A DNA stretch of 64,000 nucleotides from Isurus oxyrinchus (Eukaryota): NCBI GenBank assembly GCA_026770705.1, contig JANJGN010000042.1, positions 1,736,001 to 1,800,000 on the forward strand, written 5' to 3'. Numbering within the stretch: position 1 is the stretch's first letter; every line of letters starts with the position of its first letter. The translations under genes were made by a program, and so were the position numbers. Positions 52,815 through 64,000 of this stretch are shown piece by piece. The notes beneath the pieces are model-generated. The model ran no database searches, had not been told where the DNA came from, and saw only the letters and a program-made list of their open reading frames with translations.

Positions 52815-54055
52815 ATTAATCATAGAATACTTACAGCATTAGATGCCATTCGTCCAGTCGTGCTCGTGCTGGCCCTCTGCAGGAACAATTCATATAGCAC
52901 CGCTCTTTTCCCTGTAGTCCAGCAAATTTCCTTTTCAGGTAATGATATATTTCTCTTTTGAAAGTGTCAGTTCAAGCTACCTCCACCAAACTCTTAGGCA
53001 GTTTCTTCCAAATCCTAACTACTCACTCTGTGAAAAAAGTTTTTCCTCATGCCCCCATTGCTTTTTTTTCCGTCAATTAACTTAAATCTGTAGCCCTTGG
53101 TTCTCGATCCTTCCACCAATGGGAAGAGATTCTCCATTTCTATTCTGCCCAGCCCATCATGGTTTTGAACACCTCTAGCAAAACTCCTCTCCGCATTCTC
53201 TTCTGCATGTACAACAGTCCCGACATCTCCAGTATTTCTATGTAACTGAAATTCCTTACACCTGGAACTGCCTGGTGAATCTTTTCTGCACCAATTCTAA
53301 TGCAGTCACGTCCTTCCTAAAATATCAAGAACAGGACTCAATACCCCAGTTGAGGTCAAACCAGTGTTTTATAGAAGTTTAACATAGCTACTTTGCTTCT
53401 GCATTCTATGCCACTGTTGCTAAAGGGCAGGATGCTGTATGTTTTATTAACACCTCTCTCAACTTGTCCTGCTATCTTCAATTACTAATGCATGTTTGCA
53501 CTTAAGTCGTTCGGCTCCTGCTCTACTTAGTGTTGGGACAATTAATTTTATATTGCTTCGCTCGGAAGTTTCTACAAAAATGAATCAGGTCAAACTCCCC
53601 TGCATTAATTTGCATCTGCCTCTTGTCCCCTCATTCCAACACCCTATCTGTGTCCGCTTGAGGTTCTGCACCATCACCGTCACTTTTCGCAATTATTCCA
53701 AGTTTCGTACCATCCGTAAGTGATGAAATTGTGCTCGGTACACCAAGTTCTTGGGCCTTATTATATCGTGGGGAAAACAGGGGCCCGAACACCAATCCCA
53801 GCAGAACTCCACTATAAATGTTCCTCCAGTCCGAAAAATAACTGTTCATCACTAATGCTTGTTTCCTGACACTAAACCAATTTCGTATCCGTTTGCTGCC
53901 ATCCCTTTTATCCCATGAACTGCAGCTTTTCTCACAAGTGCGTTGTGCAGCTCATTAACAAATGTCTCTTAGAACATTATATACAGTACATCAACAGCAT
54001 TACCCTCATCAAATAACTCTGCTGCCTCATCAAAAAACTCCAGCAAGCTGATTGT
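52815..54055 (-). mobile_element. CR1 LINE RT and 3' fragment
   Basis: FSDWRNIYSGVLLGLVFGPLF and TDGTKLG peptides, with the CR1 tail. Confidence 0.8.
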
Positions 54056-54759
54056 TGCGGGGGAGGAGTGGGGGGGGGGGGGGGGGCGGGGGGGAGGGCG
54101 GGGAGTGGGGGGGGTGGGGTGGTGTGGGGAATGTAGGGGCACAGTAAGAATTTATTGTAAGGAAATTATACTGTTTTATTCTCCAAGCAGCCAGTGCCTG
54201 CGAGTACATAAACAGTTAAAAACCACCACATGAACCTTCTGCACCATCAGGGGTTGTGATCATCAGCAAGGTCCTGGGAGCCAGGCTGGACATGGAGGAA
54301 TGGAAACAAGATAGATTAGGAATCCTAAGAGTCAGACTGGAAACTTAGGTTGAAAAAACACTAAGATTGTGCCTGTTTACAGCAGATAGGGAAAGAACAG
54401 ATGGTCCTAGTTTAGATAGGAAGGGCGGTCCATGCCAGGAAAATAGGGACATATGATGCATGTACCTGTTACCAGGGATGACTGTTTAATGTAAACCAAT
54501 ATAGCGGGGGCGGCGGTTAGGGGGATTGAGTGGGGGTGGGGGGGGTGGGGGGCGGAGGATGGGGGCGGATGGAGTGCGAATATGTGGAGCGGGGTCTCTG
54601 GGTGGATTGGAGAGCTCATTCAAAGGGTTGGAATAGTGTTGAGGAGCTGACCGATCTCCTTCTCAGCTTGGAGCCTAGGGCGATTCTAGAAATCTCTGAC
54701 TTAATGGCTCAATCCAACAGTTATTTTTAGCACCTAGAGTTCAAATACGAAACCAATTT

Positions 54760-55000
54760 TTTTTAAACCCTGCATCTTTCACGATCACACTCCATTTGCT
54801 GGAAATGCGCCAGCCATTTTGCACACAATACCCTCCCACAAGCAGCAAGGTCATAATTAACAGACAATCTATTTTGGAGAATGTGCTTGAGGAATAACGA
54901 TTGGCCAAGACACTGGGGATTACTCCCCTCCCTTCTTCTATGTCGTGCACTGGGATCGTTTACATTCAACTGAGAGGGCAGGCGGCCCCTTAGGTTGGTG
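54760..55000 (-). mobile_element. DeuSINE (SacSINE1/AmnSINE1-like) fragment
   Basis: cagccattttgcacaca...ttggccaagacactgggga is the reverse complement of the Deu domain as recalled. Confidence 0.65.
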
Positions 55001-55024
55001 TCAGAAGGGAAACTGCATTCAATT

Positions 55025-57300
55025 ATAGGCTGTGGGCGTCGCTGGCTAGGCCAGCATTTATTGCTCCTTGCTAGTTTCCCTTGAGAAGGTGCTGATGAGC
55101 TGCCCTCTTGAACCGCTGCAGTCCATGTGGTGTAGATATACCCACAGTGCTGTTAGGGAGGGAGTTCTAAGGTTTGGGCCCTGCTACTGGGAAGCAACGG
55201 TGATATATCCCCAAGTCAGGTTGGTGAGTGGCTAGTAGGGGAACTTCCAGGAGGTGGTGTTCCCATCTATCTGCTGCCCTTGACCTTTAAGATGGTAAGT
55301 GCCCTGGGATTAGAAAGTGCTGTCTAAGGAGGTTTGGTGAGTTCCTGCAGTTCCTTTGTAGATGATAAAATGCTGCCATTGTTAGTCGGTGGTGGAGGAA
55401 ATGAATGATTGTGGATTTGGTGCCAATCAAGTGGGCTGACGTTTCCTGTACGATGTCCAACTTCTTGAATGTTATGGGAGCTGCACACAATCCAGGCAAG
55501 TGGAGAATGTTCCATCACATTCTAGCCTTGTGCCTTGTATGTGGTGGACAGGCTTCGGGGAGTCAGGCAGTGAGTTTCTTGTCACGGGTTTCCTAGCCTC
55601 TGACCTGCTCTTGTAGCTTCAGTATTTATATTGTTAGTCCAGTTCAGTTTCTCGTCAATGGCAATCTCTAGGTTGTGGCAGGCTCAGCGATGATAATGCG
55701 ATTGAATGTCAAGGGGCGACAGTTGGATTCTCTCTTGTTGACGATGACCATTTCATGGCATATGTGTGGCGCGAATGTTACTTGCCACTTGACAGATCAA
55801 ACTTTGATATTGCCCAGGTCTTGCTGCATCTGGACAAGAACTGCTTCAGTAGCTGAGGAGTCGAGAATGGTGCTGAACATTCATCAGTGAACATCCGCAC
55901 TTCTGACCATATGACAGAAGGAAGGTCATTGATGAAGCAGCTGAAGATGGTTGGGCCTTGGACACTACCCCGAAGAACTCCTGCACTGATGTCCTGGAGC
56001 TGAGATGACTGACCTCCAGCAATCACAACCATCTTGTTTTATGCTAGCTGACAATTTTCCGCCGGTTCCCATTGGTTCTAATTGTGTTAGGACTCCTTGA
56101 TGTCACACTCAGTCAAATTCTGCCTTGATGTCAAGGGAAGTGACCGTCGCCTCACCTCGGGAGCTTAGCTCTTTTGTCCATGTTTAAACCAAGGCTGCAA
56201 TGAGGTCAGGAGCTGGGTTGCGCTGGCGGAACCCAAACTGAACCTCAGTGAGCAGCTAATGCTAAGCAGCAATTGGCAGCACTGTTGATGACAAGTTCCA
56301 TTATATTTTGTTGACGGAGTGTAGACTGATGGAGATGTTGGATTTGTCCAGCCCGGTGTGTAGAGGGCATACCGGGTCAACTTTCCACATTTCCCAGTAG
56401 ATTCCAAAGCTGTAGCTGTCCTAGAACAACTTTGCTAAGAGTATGGCACATTCTGCAGCATAGGTCTTCAGCACGATTGCCGAAATATTGTCAGGAGCTA
56501 TAGTTTTTTCAGTATGCAGTGCGTTCAGTCGTTTCTTGATGTCGCGTGGAGTGAATAGAATTGGCTGAAGACTGGTATCTGTGATGCTGAGGATCTCTGG
56601 ATGAAGCCGAGATAGGTCATGCACTCCGCGCCTCTAGCTGAATATTGTTGCAAATGCTTCAGCTTTATCTTTTGCACTGATGTTCTGGACTTCTCCATCC
56701 TTGAGAATGGGGGTATTTGTGGTGCCTGCACCTGCAGTAAGTTGTTATAATTGTCCCCCACCAGTAACGGATGGATGCGACAGGACTGCAGATCTTAATT
56801 CTGATCCTTTGTTTGTGGAATTGCTTAGCTCTGTCTATCGCTTTCTACTGATATTCTTTGGCACGCAAGTAGTCCGGTGTTGTAGCTTCACAAGGCTGAC
56901 AGCTCATTTTAGGCAAGCCTGTCGCAGCTCTTGGCATGCCCTCCTGCACCCTTCATTGAACTCGGATTGATCCCCTTGCTTGGTGATAATGGTAGAGTGG
57001 GGGATACAGCGGGCCATGAGCTACAGATGGTGCTCGAGGATATGTTTGCTGCTACTGTCGTCCCTCAACCTCTCGTGGATGCCCGGTCTTGAGTTGCTAG
57101 ATCTCTACGAAATCTCGCCCATTTACCACTATGAAAATGCCACATAACATGGTGAGGCGCATAATCAATGTGAAGGCGGGATTTTGTCTCCACGAGGGCA
57201 GTGCGGTGATAACACCTACCAATACTGTCATGCACAGGCCCTTGTGCGGCAGGCAAGTTGCTGAGGATGAGGTCAAGTACGTTCTTTCCCCTCCACTTGG
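55025..57300 (-). mobile_element. CR1/L2-group LINE, ~2.3-kb ORF2 remnant plus tail
   Basis: APDNISAIVLKTYA, AGVLRGSVQGPTIFSCFINDLP, MEHSPLAW peptides. Confidence 0.9.
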
Positions 57301-58860
57301 TTCAACGAAGTAATAATATTCTGCAAGCTGCCTTCTGATTTGATGTTCTACATGTTGAAATATGACTTTAGGACAATATACAAAGGTAAAGGAAGTGAGC
57401 AGGCGGGAGGTGGGCAAAACTCACATCATATGTGACGCCAGCACTACCTATTATTTCCAGTGGTGGCGCTGCAGCCGTTCTCTCAAACATTTCAAGTTCA
57501 TATTGACTTAACAAGTACACATGACCATTCAGACATCAAGGCAGCCCAGGACGCAAAACCACTCCGCTTTTCGGCTTAACAATTCAGAAAGCAAACACAC
57601 ATGGTGGTTACATTTCTCTCTTATATGCCTTGTGGTGATGAAAATCAGCATTACACGTTCAATGATTGACGCCATTCTGGAATCCACGCGAGATCTGCCG
57701 GAGTAAGTTCAAGGCTAAACAGACAATTTTTCTTAACCTCTGGAGCTTGATATTTATTGAGGAACCAAACTTGCCATTAGAGCAGGTTAATTTCAGAATC
57801 AATTACATTATTTTCATTGTTGAAGGAATAAAGAACTGAAACCATTTTAAAAGGTGACTATGGCAAAATCCCTGACAGTGAATTCAATTTACAGAAAAAT
57901 AACAGTTAAAAACTCCCATGAGATAAATTTGAAATAGTTCAATAAAATGCCTAAATCTTCAAAAAAAAGTGGACTTTATGTTTCACATTTGTTCTGCTTG
58001 AGATAGTAAAACATTCTCTTTTTGCATTGCATTAAAGGTCAGAACGGTGATGTCTCATTTTGAAGGAGAACTGTCTGGAGCACATGCCGCACATGGAACA
58101 GGTGAAAGGCCTTCCTATGGAATACATATGCAGGTGTTTCACCACGTTGAATGTGAAGGTATATCCCTTACTGCACCCAAACAGGTCAAAGCCCGTTTCA
58201 CCATTGTGTGTGCCGGCTGAAAACCCTGACACATATCAGGCTTGTGTATCCGCTCTCACTCGGGTAGATCCTGTGACACACGAGCGGTGAGCAGAATCAG
58301 GCTCAATCTTAGCCTTAGGTTGGACAAGTGAACGGCCGCTCCTCCGTGTGACTGTGCCGGTGGATCAGCTTGTGGGAGGTACAGTTAACGGCATTGCTGC
58401 ACTTGTAGGAAATAAAGCGCTGTGGAAGTGTGGGTGAGTCAATATGCTGAAGACCTGAATGAACTCCTGCACGCACTGCGTGCAGACTAAAGACGACCTG
58501 AACTCTTGCTTTGATGCCTCGGCAGATTGGGAGACTGAGTGAACCCCCCATGCAGACTGAGCAGAGTAGTGGCTTCGCGTCGAAATGAGCCCAGCTGTGG
58601 TCACCAAGCCGGTGAGCTACATGAAGCTATTCCCAGAGGAAAATGGAGTTAATTTAATGTTCACAATTCTCCATCGCCCTGTACAAGGAGCAGTTCGTGA
58701 TGAAATAGGCCAGGAGTTTACCGGTGGCCACTATGTCCCGATGTCTGTAGTCAAATGAGGTGGAATAACCGCGGGCGCATACGTGGGAAGGCAGCATATT
58801 GAAGGGCGTTTAATTAAGGGCTGATGGATGGAGGAACAGGCCAGCCTGATAGGTTTCTGG
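57300..58860 (-). repeat. Left arm of ~1.55-kb inverted duplication
   Basis: Reverse-complement colinear with 62425-64000 throughout. Confidence 0.9.
58030..58630 (-). pseudogene. C2H2 zinc-finger pseudogene (left arm)
   Basis: CSNAVNCTSHKLIHRHSHTEERPFTC and RPFTCSMCG peptides, with stops and frameshifts. Confidence 0.85.
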
Positions 58861-59446
58861 CATACAAGGGAGTCAAGCTTAATGGGGGGCGGGGCAATGG
58901 AGAAAGTGGAGGAAGACCATAAACAGATCAGTCACGAACTTATTGATTGTTGGAGCAGGTTCGTAGGATGCAACGGCCTATTCCTGCTCTTAATCCTTAT
59001 GTCCCAATGTCTCCACGTGGTTTTCAACCCCGTTGCACCTGTTTATGCATCACATGGACTGAATATTTACCAAGAGCGTAAACGTGGCTGTTTTCCTGGG
59101 GTAATTTTTCTTTTTCCAGTGCGATGAATAGTGCCAAGCAGTGCTTTGGCCTGACCCCAATTGCCATGAAATTACCGTTGTTATAAATGTAACTGGGATC
59201 ATTCTGTAGTCTCTGGGTATTTCAATTCAGAGCCCTGTCAGATCTCATGAAAAACAATTCAGTCTATGAAAACATAAACAGTAGCAATGCAGCAGCTGCA
59301 CGAATCTGTTTGTTACAATTAATGGAATTAATGCAAATTATCAAATCAATTCGTTATCTCCCTGGAGCCTGGCACCAGCTGTAAATTTGAGCATTTTGCA
59401 GTCAATTTCAGAACGCACTTGGAGCTTCTGATGGAAATGCAATGCA

Positions 59447-62316
59447 ATGCCAAAGGGTCTTGTGTTTGCCATTTATTATCCCGTCCTTGCAGCTATCGGC
59501 GTTCCAGGTTAAGTATTGCACTTAGCTTGTATCTGCGTTAATCATTGTTTAGCTGCATCATTTTACCAGTAACGCTTGTTAAATGTTACCTTTCTCCCAA
59601 TCAATGGATGATAGTTTATTCTTCCACCTCTAGAATCTGTTTCGTTTAACTGGTATGGTTTCCCGTCTATTACAGTATATAAATATAAAAAAATGTGTTT
59701 TTTCTACTTTAACGGTATTAACTCTCCATTATGAAATTATGAATTGTGCAACTGTCTGACATAAAATCACGATATACATTTTATAATTTCTCCCCATTAC
59801 ATTATCTTTTCACCTATTTACCAGAATATTTACTTCATATTACCTATTTAATTTGATGTCTTTAACGGTATTCTATCTTCCTGTGACAGGTGCAATTTCG
59901 TCATTTTAACTATATAATTTCTCCCATTTACCACTAACATCACACGATGTAAATGAATTTATAGTGTGCAGTTTGCACTATTACAGCAGGTGAATGAGCA
60001 TACGGTTATCAAGGTGTCAATGCAATCCCATTGTATTATTGACAACACCATTGTGGCTGAATTACAAAAAATGGTGTAAACTGTGCTGTAAATGTTTCTC
60101 TAATGTCGCGTAGAGACTGTCCCTGCTGGTCAATTCTCACAGTGATATCAGCGTAAGTTAAGTTGAATTACATATTGGCACTGTTACTTGAAGTGTATTC
60201 ACAGTGTACTTCTAGATTTTTGTCCTATTGACTTCGACAGCGACAGAATAATTCCCACAAGTAATTTACTGATTGAAAAGATTTGCTTAATCCGAGTAAT
60301 TATAATTAATCAATTTATTTAAATAATGTTATCAGGCAGCGAAATGTTAATAGATATAAAAAGATTTTTATAGATGTCCTTTGATGGATGGTTGCTTAGC
60401 CTTTAATTTAGAGAACTCTTTTTCTGAACTCAGTCTTTAACACTCTCTGCTTCAGTCAGGTTTCCCTCTGCATATTCCGTGCTACTGATGGGTCTAAACT
60501 GATGATTGGTGAGTGTGGGATTATCTTCTGCTACTCGCATCCAGCAATGTCTCGGATTGTTCCAAGCCTCAGTATTTTCTCCAGATAGAGTGAAGCCCCA
60601 TGACTGGTGGCATCTCTCCCTGTTATACAGCAGATTTTTTAAAAATTAAATATCCACTACATGACTTAACTTATCATTTATTCTGACTGAACATTGTAAC
60701 ATGGATGGTCTTTCTTCGAAAGATAACTCATCATCTGCGACTGGATCAGGTTGACAGTGAAGGTCCCAATGATTATCTGATAACGAGCTCCGATTTAACA
60801 ACGTATCATACTCAAAGCGTCCTTCACACAACCGGAAAATTGAGAACTATCCACACCCTGCACACCACCACTCCAACTCCTCCCCCCCAAGCCCCCAACT
60901 CCTGATGATATGTTTGAGCAAGCCGAATATTGAATTTTACAACGGTCAATATTTTTACAACAATTCATTGAAATGAGCCACTAGGATCCTCTGTGAATTA
61001 TCACCTGTGTTTCTGTTTGTTTCCACACGTTTTTTCTAGCTGTTTTGTTACTTACCTACTTCAATATTTTTATATGATTGCTGATGTGATCTTTTTGCGC
61101 ATTCGATGTATCCTGTTTAATTTGATACGTTTTTGATTTCTTCATGTCTTCTGTTATATCTCATTGGAGTATCGTACATTATTATTCCCCTGACTCGCCT
61201 TATGTTGCTTTAATCTGGAAGGATATTTTAAACCCAACAAAAATGTTTCTGTAGCGTCAAAGATAGGTTCAAACTTAAGATCGCATTGCAAATCTTTACA
61301 ATTCACAACGAACTTGAAAAATGAGTGATTTTGTTTGGAGTTCAATCAGTAACGTTCCTATACTCGATCTCCTCTCTCTCTATTACAGCTAACGTGGCAG
61401 TGATTGTGAATCTGTCTCGAAGAACATGTGGTCTCTCCAGATGCATCACTTCTTACTTGGTGCCCATGGCTGTGACGGATTTCCTGGTCATCATCACAGC
61501 TGCAATACTAAACCGGATTGTTGGGATAAATCTCCCATTCACTTTTCTGTCCATCACACTTGTTTGCAGTTTTCGTTCTGCATTAAATATTGCAGCCATT
61601 GATGGCTCCGTCTGGTTAACAGTCGCTTTCACCTTTGATCGCTTTGTGGCCATTTCTTGCCCGAAGCTGAAAGTAAATATTGCACTGAGAAGTTGGCAGC
61701 GGGAGTGAAAGGAATAGTGTCAGCACTGGCCTGTCTAAAGAATATATTCCTCTATTATATTTTTGAAAATATGTAAGCAATTAATGATATACCCTGGTTC
61801 TGCGTCATAAAAGTTACAAATTATACATCACCTGCGTGAACCACATATGACTGGCTCCATTCCATTTTAACCCCGCACCTCCCATTCGTTATGATTTTAC
61901 TGCTCAATGCTCTGACCATCAGACATATTCTAGTGGCCAACAGAGCCCGCAGGAGACTTTGGACCCAATGCAATGGAGAGAATCACAGTGACGTAGAGAT
62001 GCAGAAGCAGAGAAATTCCATCGTTTTACTCTTTGCCATCTCGGGAAGTTTCATCCTGTCATATGTTTTATTCCTTGTAACGGGCCTATATGTTCGAATT
62101 GCGAATGTTCCTTATTTATCAGGTTCCAATTTCAATAATCCAACATCTATCCTCCAGGAGAGTGGGTATATGCTTCAATTATTGAGTCCCTGCATCAACC
62201 CGTTTATTCATGCCTGGACCCAGAGGAAAATCAGATGCAAGATCAAGAATGGGGTGAATCCACTGAGCCTATTTACTACAACTTTTAAGTTTTGCGAACA
62301 GTATAATCGAACATGA
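59447..62316 (+). pseudogene. GPR139/GPR142-like GPCR, copy 4, pseudogene; exons 59447..59507 and 61389..62316
   Basis: Exon 1 MPKGLVFAIYYPVLAAIGVP has a 1-nt insertion after the homologous ATG at 59437. Exon 2 has a 1-nt deletion near 61673, TAA at 61774-61776 and TGA at 61837-61839. Confidence 0.92.
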
Positions 62317-62424
62317 ATTGTACTTTACATTACACTATGTACCCTTCTTGTCAATGTCACATAGGTCTGCTTCCAAGGTACACACGCTTTTAAGATGATA
62401 TCCATAATGCGATATTCTTAGTGT

Positions 62425-64000
62425 CCTGCCCACAACTTCAAGCTCGCCGGTTCGTCCATTTATTGGCCCTTAATTAAATGGCCTGGAGAATAGTACCTTC
62501 CCACTTCTTTACCCCCAGCCATTCCATCTAACTAAAGTTCCAACATCAGGACATTGTGGCCAGTGGTGTAATCCCAGCCTATTTCATCGTGAACTGTGCT
62601 CTCTGCAGGGCGATGGAGAATTGTGAATTTTGAATTAAGTCAACTTTCCTTTCGGAATAGGTTCAAGTAGCTCACTGGCCTGGTGAACAGCTGTTGGGCT
62701 CACATCGAAGCGAGGTTATTCACCCGCGCAGTGTACATGAAGGAAATCAATCAGCCCCCCAATGTGCTGAGGCATCAAAGCACAGGATTGCGTGTTGGTC
62801 TGCTCGCAGTGTTTGCAGGAGTTTATTCAGGTCTTCAACATATTGACTCACCCACACTTACACAGGGGTGGCCAGCCATTTAACTGCTTCAAGTGCAGCA
62901 ATGCCTTTAACTGTACCTCTCACAAGCTGATCCACTGGCACAGTCACACGGAGGAGCGGCCGTTCTCCTGTACAACCTACGGCTAAGGTGTAGCCTGATT
63001 CTGCTCCCTCTTCTTGTGACATAGGAGATACCCGGGTGAGAGCTGATGCATCAGCCTGCCATGTGCCTGGATTTTCAACCTGCACACACAATGGTGAAAC
63101 TGGCTTTGACTTGTTCGGGCACAGTAAGGGATATCACTGCACATTCAACCTGCTGAAACACCTACACGTGCATCCCACAGGATGGCCTTTCACTTGTTCC
63201 ATGTGTGGGAAATGCCCCAGACAGTTCTTCTTGAACATGAGACATCACCATTCTTACCTTTAATGGAGAGTGCAATGAAAAAGGAGAATGTTTTAATATC
63301 TCAAGTAAAAAAAATGTGAAATACAAACTCCACTTTTTATGGATTGAGGCAGACATTTTATTGAACTATATCAAATTTGACTGATGGGAGTTTATAGCTA
63401 TTATTGTGCTGTAAATTAAGCGCACTGTAAGGAATTATGCCGCAGCTACAACTTAAAATCGTTCCTGATCTTTACTGACTGATCACTGAAAATAATAAAA
63501 TTGATTCTGAAATTAACCTGCATTGATGTCAAGTTTGGTACCACAATAAATATCAAGCCCCAGGGGCAACAGAGATTGTCCATTTGACATTAAACTTACT
63601 CTGGCAAATCTCCAGTTGCCTCCAGAGTGACGATAGTCATTGAACATGTAATGCTGATTTTGATAACCATGCGGCATTGAAAAGACAAATGTAACCACCT
63701 TGTGCATTCTTTTTCTGAAATGTTAAGCCGAAAAGCAGAGCCGTCTTGTATCTGGATGCCTTGATGCATGAAGGGTGATGTAAGTTTGTTAATCAATATG
63801 AACTTGAACTGTTTTAGGGGACGTTTGCAGAGCCACCACTGGAGAAAGTAGGTAGTGCGGGCATCTCTTGCTCTGTGAGCTTTGCCCCAGCTACCTCTTG
63901 GTCGCATTCTTTACCCTTGTATACCGACTAAAAGTCCTCCTTGGACTTGTAGAACATAAGAACAGAAGACAACTTGCAGAACATTATTGTATCATTGAAC
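62425..64000 (+). repeat. Right arm of inverted duplication (may continue past the window end)
   Basis: Reverse-complement colinear with 57300-58860. Confidence 0.9.
62660..63263 (+). pseudogene. C2H2 zinc-finger pseudogene (right arm)
   Basis: CSQC...H...HRGGQPFNCFKC...H...HTEERPFSC and HVHPTGWPFTCSMCGK, with stops and lost Cys residues. Confidence 0.85.

Noticed and set aside
54058-54140. Long G runs (also 36570-36602)
   Set aside because: Simple low-complexity sequence, possibly error-prone; no evidence of function.
57440-57472. CTCF-like CCAGTGGTGGCGC in the inverted arm (mirror at ~63830-63860)
   Set aside because: Needs a gap to fit the core; too weak to call.

Overview
Eukaryotic, repeat-rich vertebrate DNA, most likely a cartilaginous fish (inferred from the LINE/SINE/Penelope repeat types and the gene content; species not determinable by eye). 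The main content is a tandem cluster of two-exon class-A GPCR paralogues of the GPR139/GPR142-like type. There are two intact genes (9806-12041 +, 43710-46268 -), one intact exon 2 with no visible exon 1 (25090-26000 -), one full-length pseudogene (59447-62316 +) and one truncated fragment (5553-5705 +). At the left end is an unrearranged T-cell-receptor alpha/delta-like V segment (2713-3029) with a near-canonical RSS (22-bp spacer). Its signal peptide appears fused to the V exon with no intron. Also present: C2H2 zinc-finger pseudogenes, two of them inside ~1.55-kb inverted arms bracketing the GPCR pseudogene; an intron-containing tRNA-Ile(TAT) pseudogene; a possible decayed Ig-domain exon; a thrice-duplicated 27-bp-array plus CTCF-like-site cassette; several other degenerate tandem arrays; and many CR1/L2-group, RTE, Penelope-like and SINE fragments. 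Repeat boundaries were read by eye and are approximate (tens of bp). No database search was run.
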